Assembly: GCF_006345805.1 (NCBI RefSeq)
Contig: NW_021836501.1
Location: 1-24,726, forward strand
Length of the DNA stretch: 24,726 nucleotides
Direction of reading: 5' to 3'
Source of the DNA: Octopus sinensis
Lineage: Eukaryota
Positions within the stretch are counted from its first letter, which is position 1, and each line of letters opens with the position of its first letter. Of this stretch, positions 21,957 to 24,726 are shown piece after piece. The notes below the pieces were generated by a model. That model did not search any database. It was not told where the DNA came from and worked only from the letters and a program-made list of their open reading frames with translations. Made by a program: the position numbers and the translations under genes.

Positions 21957-22356
21957 GGATCTTTTCGGTTTGAACGGTAGTTTTTAACATAATTTCTAGG
22001 TAACTAAACACTTTTAAACTTTGTATACTGGTAGAATGTGTTTATAAAACATCTTTTTCTCTTGGCTTTATTGAGAAAATTCTATAGTTTGTAAGATATT
22101 TGTTGCTTTTTTTCTGCAATTTCAACCAATCAATGACGTCTATTGCGGTGAAAACATTCTGTGGCATATGAATACGGTCGCTTGTTTAAGTAACAGATTG
22201 GGTTTATTTACATTTGTGAAGAAAAAAGATACCCTTCCCCCACCCCTAACCCTAAAACAGATAGAAATGCAATAGATCGATACTAGGGTCATAATTATGG
22301 GTGACAATTTCATATGACACCACTAGAAAAAACTGCTGTTCAAACCGAAAAGATCC
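21957..22356. mobile_element. 400-bp non-autonomous DNA transposon (MITE-like), 29-bp TIRs, 8-bp TSD; Merlin-like termini
   Basis: GGATCTTTTCGGTTTGAACGGTAGTTTTT ... AAAAACTGCTGTTCAAACCGAAAAGATCC (2 mismatches). TSD CAGAAAAC at 21949-21956 and 22357-22364. GG termini with an 8-bp TSD fit Merlin better than hAT. Confidence 0.88.
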
Positions 22357-22408
22357 CAGAAAACAAGTGACATTCATTACTGAATGTATTTTTATATTTT
22401 CCTTCCAG

Positions 22409-22468
22409 ATATATTTACAGTTACATTGGTCATAGTCCTTCTGCTACCCTTATCTATGATATTTGTTG
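22409..22468 (+). CDS. 60-nt coding exon encoding the first transmembrane helix of the TMEM272-like protein
   Basis: Strong acceptor ttttatattttccttcCAG (AG 22407-22408) and donor TTG|GTGAGT (GT 22469-22470). Phase 1/1. Reads (D)IFTVTLVIVLLLPLSMIFV(G), a hydrophobic helix with the LP.SMI..G pattern recalled from TMEM272-like proteins. Absent from the ORF track. Confidence 0.82.
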
Positions 22469-22616
22469 GTGAGTACAAGACGCCTTTTACTATTCTACTT
22501 CTCTCTTACTCTTTACTGGTTCAGTTTTCGGATTGAACCGATTTCAGTCGATCGTATCAACCTCACCAGAATTTATTCTAGTCCAGCATTTATTTTAATA
22601 CGCTACTGTGTTAGAC

Positions 22617-24726
22617 CCGTGATCCTAAGTTTGCAGTTTCAATTCCAGGACTGGGTGATGTGTTGTGTTCTTGAGCAAAACCCTTCATTTCATGTTGATC
22701 CAGTCCACTCAGCTAATGGTTAGGATGTTGCACTCATGACTTCCAGATTGTGGTTTCAATTCCTGGACTGGGCAGTGCATTGTGTTCTTGAGCAAGACAC
22801 TTCATTTCATGTTGCTCCAGTCCACTCAGCTAATGGTTAGGATGTTGCACTCATGACTTCTAGATTGTGGTTTCAATTCCAGGACTGGGTGATGTGTTGT
22901 GTTCTTGAGCAAAACCCTTCATTTCATGTTGATCCAGTCCACTCAGCTAATGGTTAGGATGTTGCACTCATGACATCCAGATTGTGGTTTCAATTCCTGG
23001 ACTCGGCAGTGCATTGTGTTCTTGAGCAAGACACTTCATTTCATGTTGCTCCAGTCCACTCAGCAGCTAATGGTTGGATGTTGTTGTCACTCATGACTTC
23101 TACATTGTGGTTTCAATTCCAGGACTGGGTGTGTGTTGTGTTCTTGAGCAAAACCCTTCATTCCATGTTGATCCAGTCCACTCAGCTAATGGTTAGGATG
23201 TTGCACTCATGACTTCCATTGTGGTTTCAATTCCTGGACTCGGCAGTGCATTGTGTTCTTGAGCAAAACCCTTCATTTCATGTTGATCCAGTCCACTCAA
23301 CTAATGGTTAGGATGTTGCACTCATGACTTCAGATTGTGGTTTCAATTCCTGGACTCGGCAGTGCATTGTGTTCTTGAGCAAAACCCTTCATTTCATGTT
23401 GATCCAGTCCACTCAGCTAATGGTTAGGATGTTGCACTCATGACTTCCAGATTGTGGTTTCAATTCCTGGACTCGGCAGTGCATTGTGTTCTTGAGCAAA
23501 ACCCTTCATTTCATGTTGATCCAGTCCACTCAACTAATGGTTAGGATGTTGCACTCATGACATCCAGATTGTGGTTTCAATTCCTGGACTGGGCAGTGCA
23601 TTGTGTTCTTGAGCAAGACACTTCATTTCATGTTGCTCCAGTCCACTCAGCTAATGGTTAGGATGTTGCACTCATGACTTCTACATTGTGGTTTCAATTC
23701 CAGGACTGGGTGATGTGTTGTGTTCTTGAGCAAAACCCTTCATTCCATGTTGATCCAGTCCACTCAGCTAATGGTTAGGATGTTGCACTCATGACTTCCA
23801 GATTGTGGTTTCAATTCCTGGACTCGGCAGTGCATTGTGTTCTTGAGCAAAACCCTTCATTTCATGTTGATCCAGTCCACTCAACTAATGGTTAGGATGT
23901 TGCACTCATGACTTCCAGATTGTGGTTTCAATTCCTGGACTCGGCAGTGCATTGTGTTCTTGAGCAAAACCCTTCATTTCATGTTGATCCAGTCCACTCA
24001 GCTAATGGTTAGGATGTTGCACTCATGACTTCCAGATTGTGGTTTCAATTCCTGGACTCGCAGTGCATTGTGTTCTTGAGCAAAACCTCTTTCATGTTGA
24101 TCCAGTCCACTCAACTAATGGTTAGGATGTTGCACTCATGACATCCAGATTGTGGTTTCAATTCCTGGACTGGGCAGTGCATTGTGTTCTTGAGCAAGAC
24201 ACTTCATTTCATGTTGCTCCAGTCCACTCAGCTAATGGTTAGGATGTTGCACTCATGACTTCTACATTGTGGTTTCAATTCCAGGACTGGGTGATGTGTT
24301 GTGTTCTTGAGCAAAACCCTTCATTCCATGTTGATCCAGTCCACTCAGCTAATGGTTAGGATGTTGCACTCATGACTTCTAGATTGTGGTTTCAATTCCT
24401 GGACTCGGCAGTGCATTGTGTTCTTGAGCAAAACCCTTCATTTCATGTTGATCCAGTCCACTCAACTAATGGTTAGGATGTTGCACTCATGACTTCCAGA
24501 TTGTGGTTTCAATTCCTGGACTGGGCAGTGCATTGTGTTCTTGAGCAAAACCCTTCATTTCATGTTGATCCAGTCCACTCAGCTAATGGTTAGGATGTTG
24601 CACTCATGACATCCAGATTGTGGTTTCAATTCCTGGACTCGGCAGTGCATTGTGTTCTTGAGCAAGACACTTCATTTCATGTTGCTCCAGTCCACTCAGC
24701 TAATGGTTAGGATGTTGCACTCATGA
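22617..24726 (+). repeat. 117-bp tandem array of a tRNA-derived SINE head (family D), 17 full copies plus partial ends, runs off the window
   Basis: ggtt(a)ggatg starts at 22718, 22835, 22952, 23072, 23191, 23306, 23422, 23539, 23656, 23773, 23890, 24007, 24120, 24237, 24354, 24471, 24588 and 24705. The unit aligns with the reverse complement of 8351-8467. Confidence 0.95.

Noticed and set aside
22718-24726. Tandem tRNA gene cluster
   Set aside because: A/B box-like motifs are present, but no convincing cloverleaf; units include the SINE CORE-like segment and match the SINE at 8351-8467.
1494-24726. All three arrays having 17-18 copies
   Set aside because: The third array is cut by the window edge, so the similar counts are probably coincidence.

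Overview
AT-rich, repeat-saturated eukaryotic DNA, not prokaryotic. The SINE types and microsatellite density look like an Octopus (coleoid cephalopod) genome, an inference from recalled repeat types. Two well-supported + strand exons (9704-9867 and 22409-22468) splice in phase across a 12.5-kb intron to give ...YGSFRTKLYEANQEANDCLDYLNRIRRMIRSS|DIFTVTLVIVLLLPLSMIFVG, resembling the N-terminus and first TM helix of a TMEM272-like membrane protein. The rest comprises at least four SINE families (my labels A-D), a CR1-type LINE 3' end, an R4/Dong-type LINE 3' end, a 400-bp TIR element with an 8-bp TSD, several inverted repeats and microsatellites. The most unusual structures are three tandem arrays, each amplified from the end of a different retroposon whose monomer is visible in the window: 103 bp + (ATT)n x18, 41 bp x17, and a 117-bp tRNA-SINE head x>=17 with higher-order periodicity. 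A circularly permuted hammerhead-like motif lies inside an inverted-repeat-bounded element. Almost all ORFs in the supplied track are repeat artefacts. Repeat boundaries were read by eye and are approximate.
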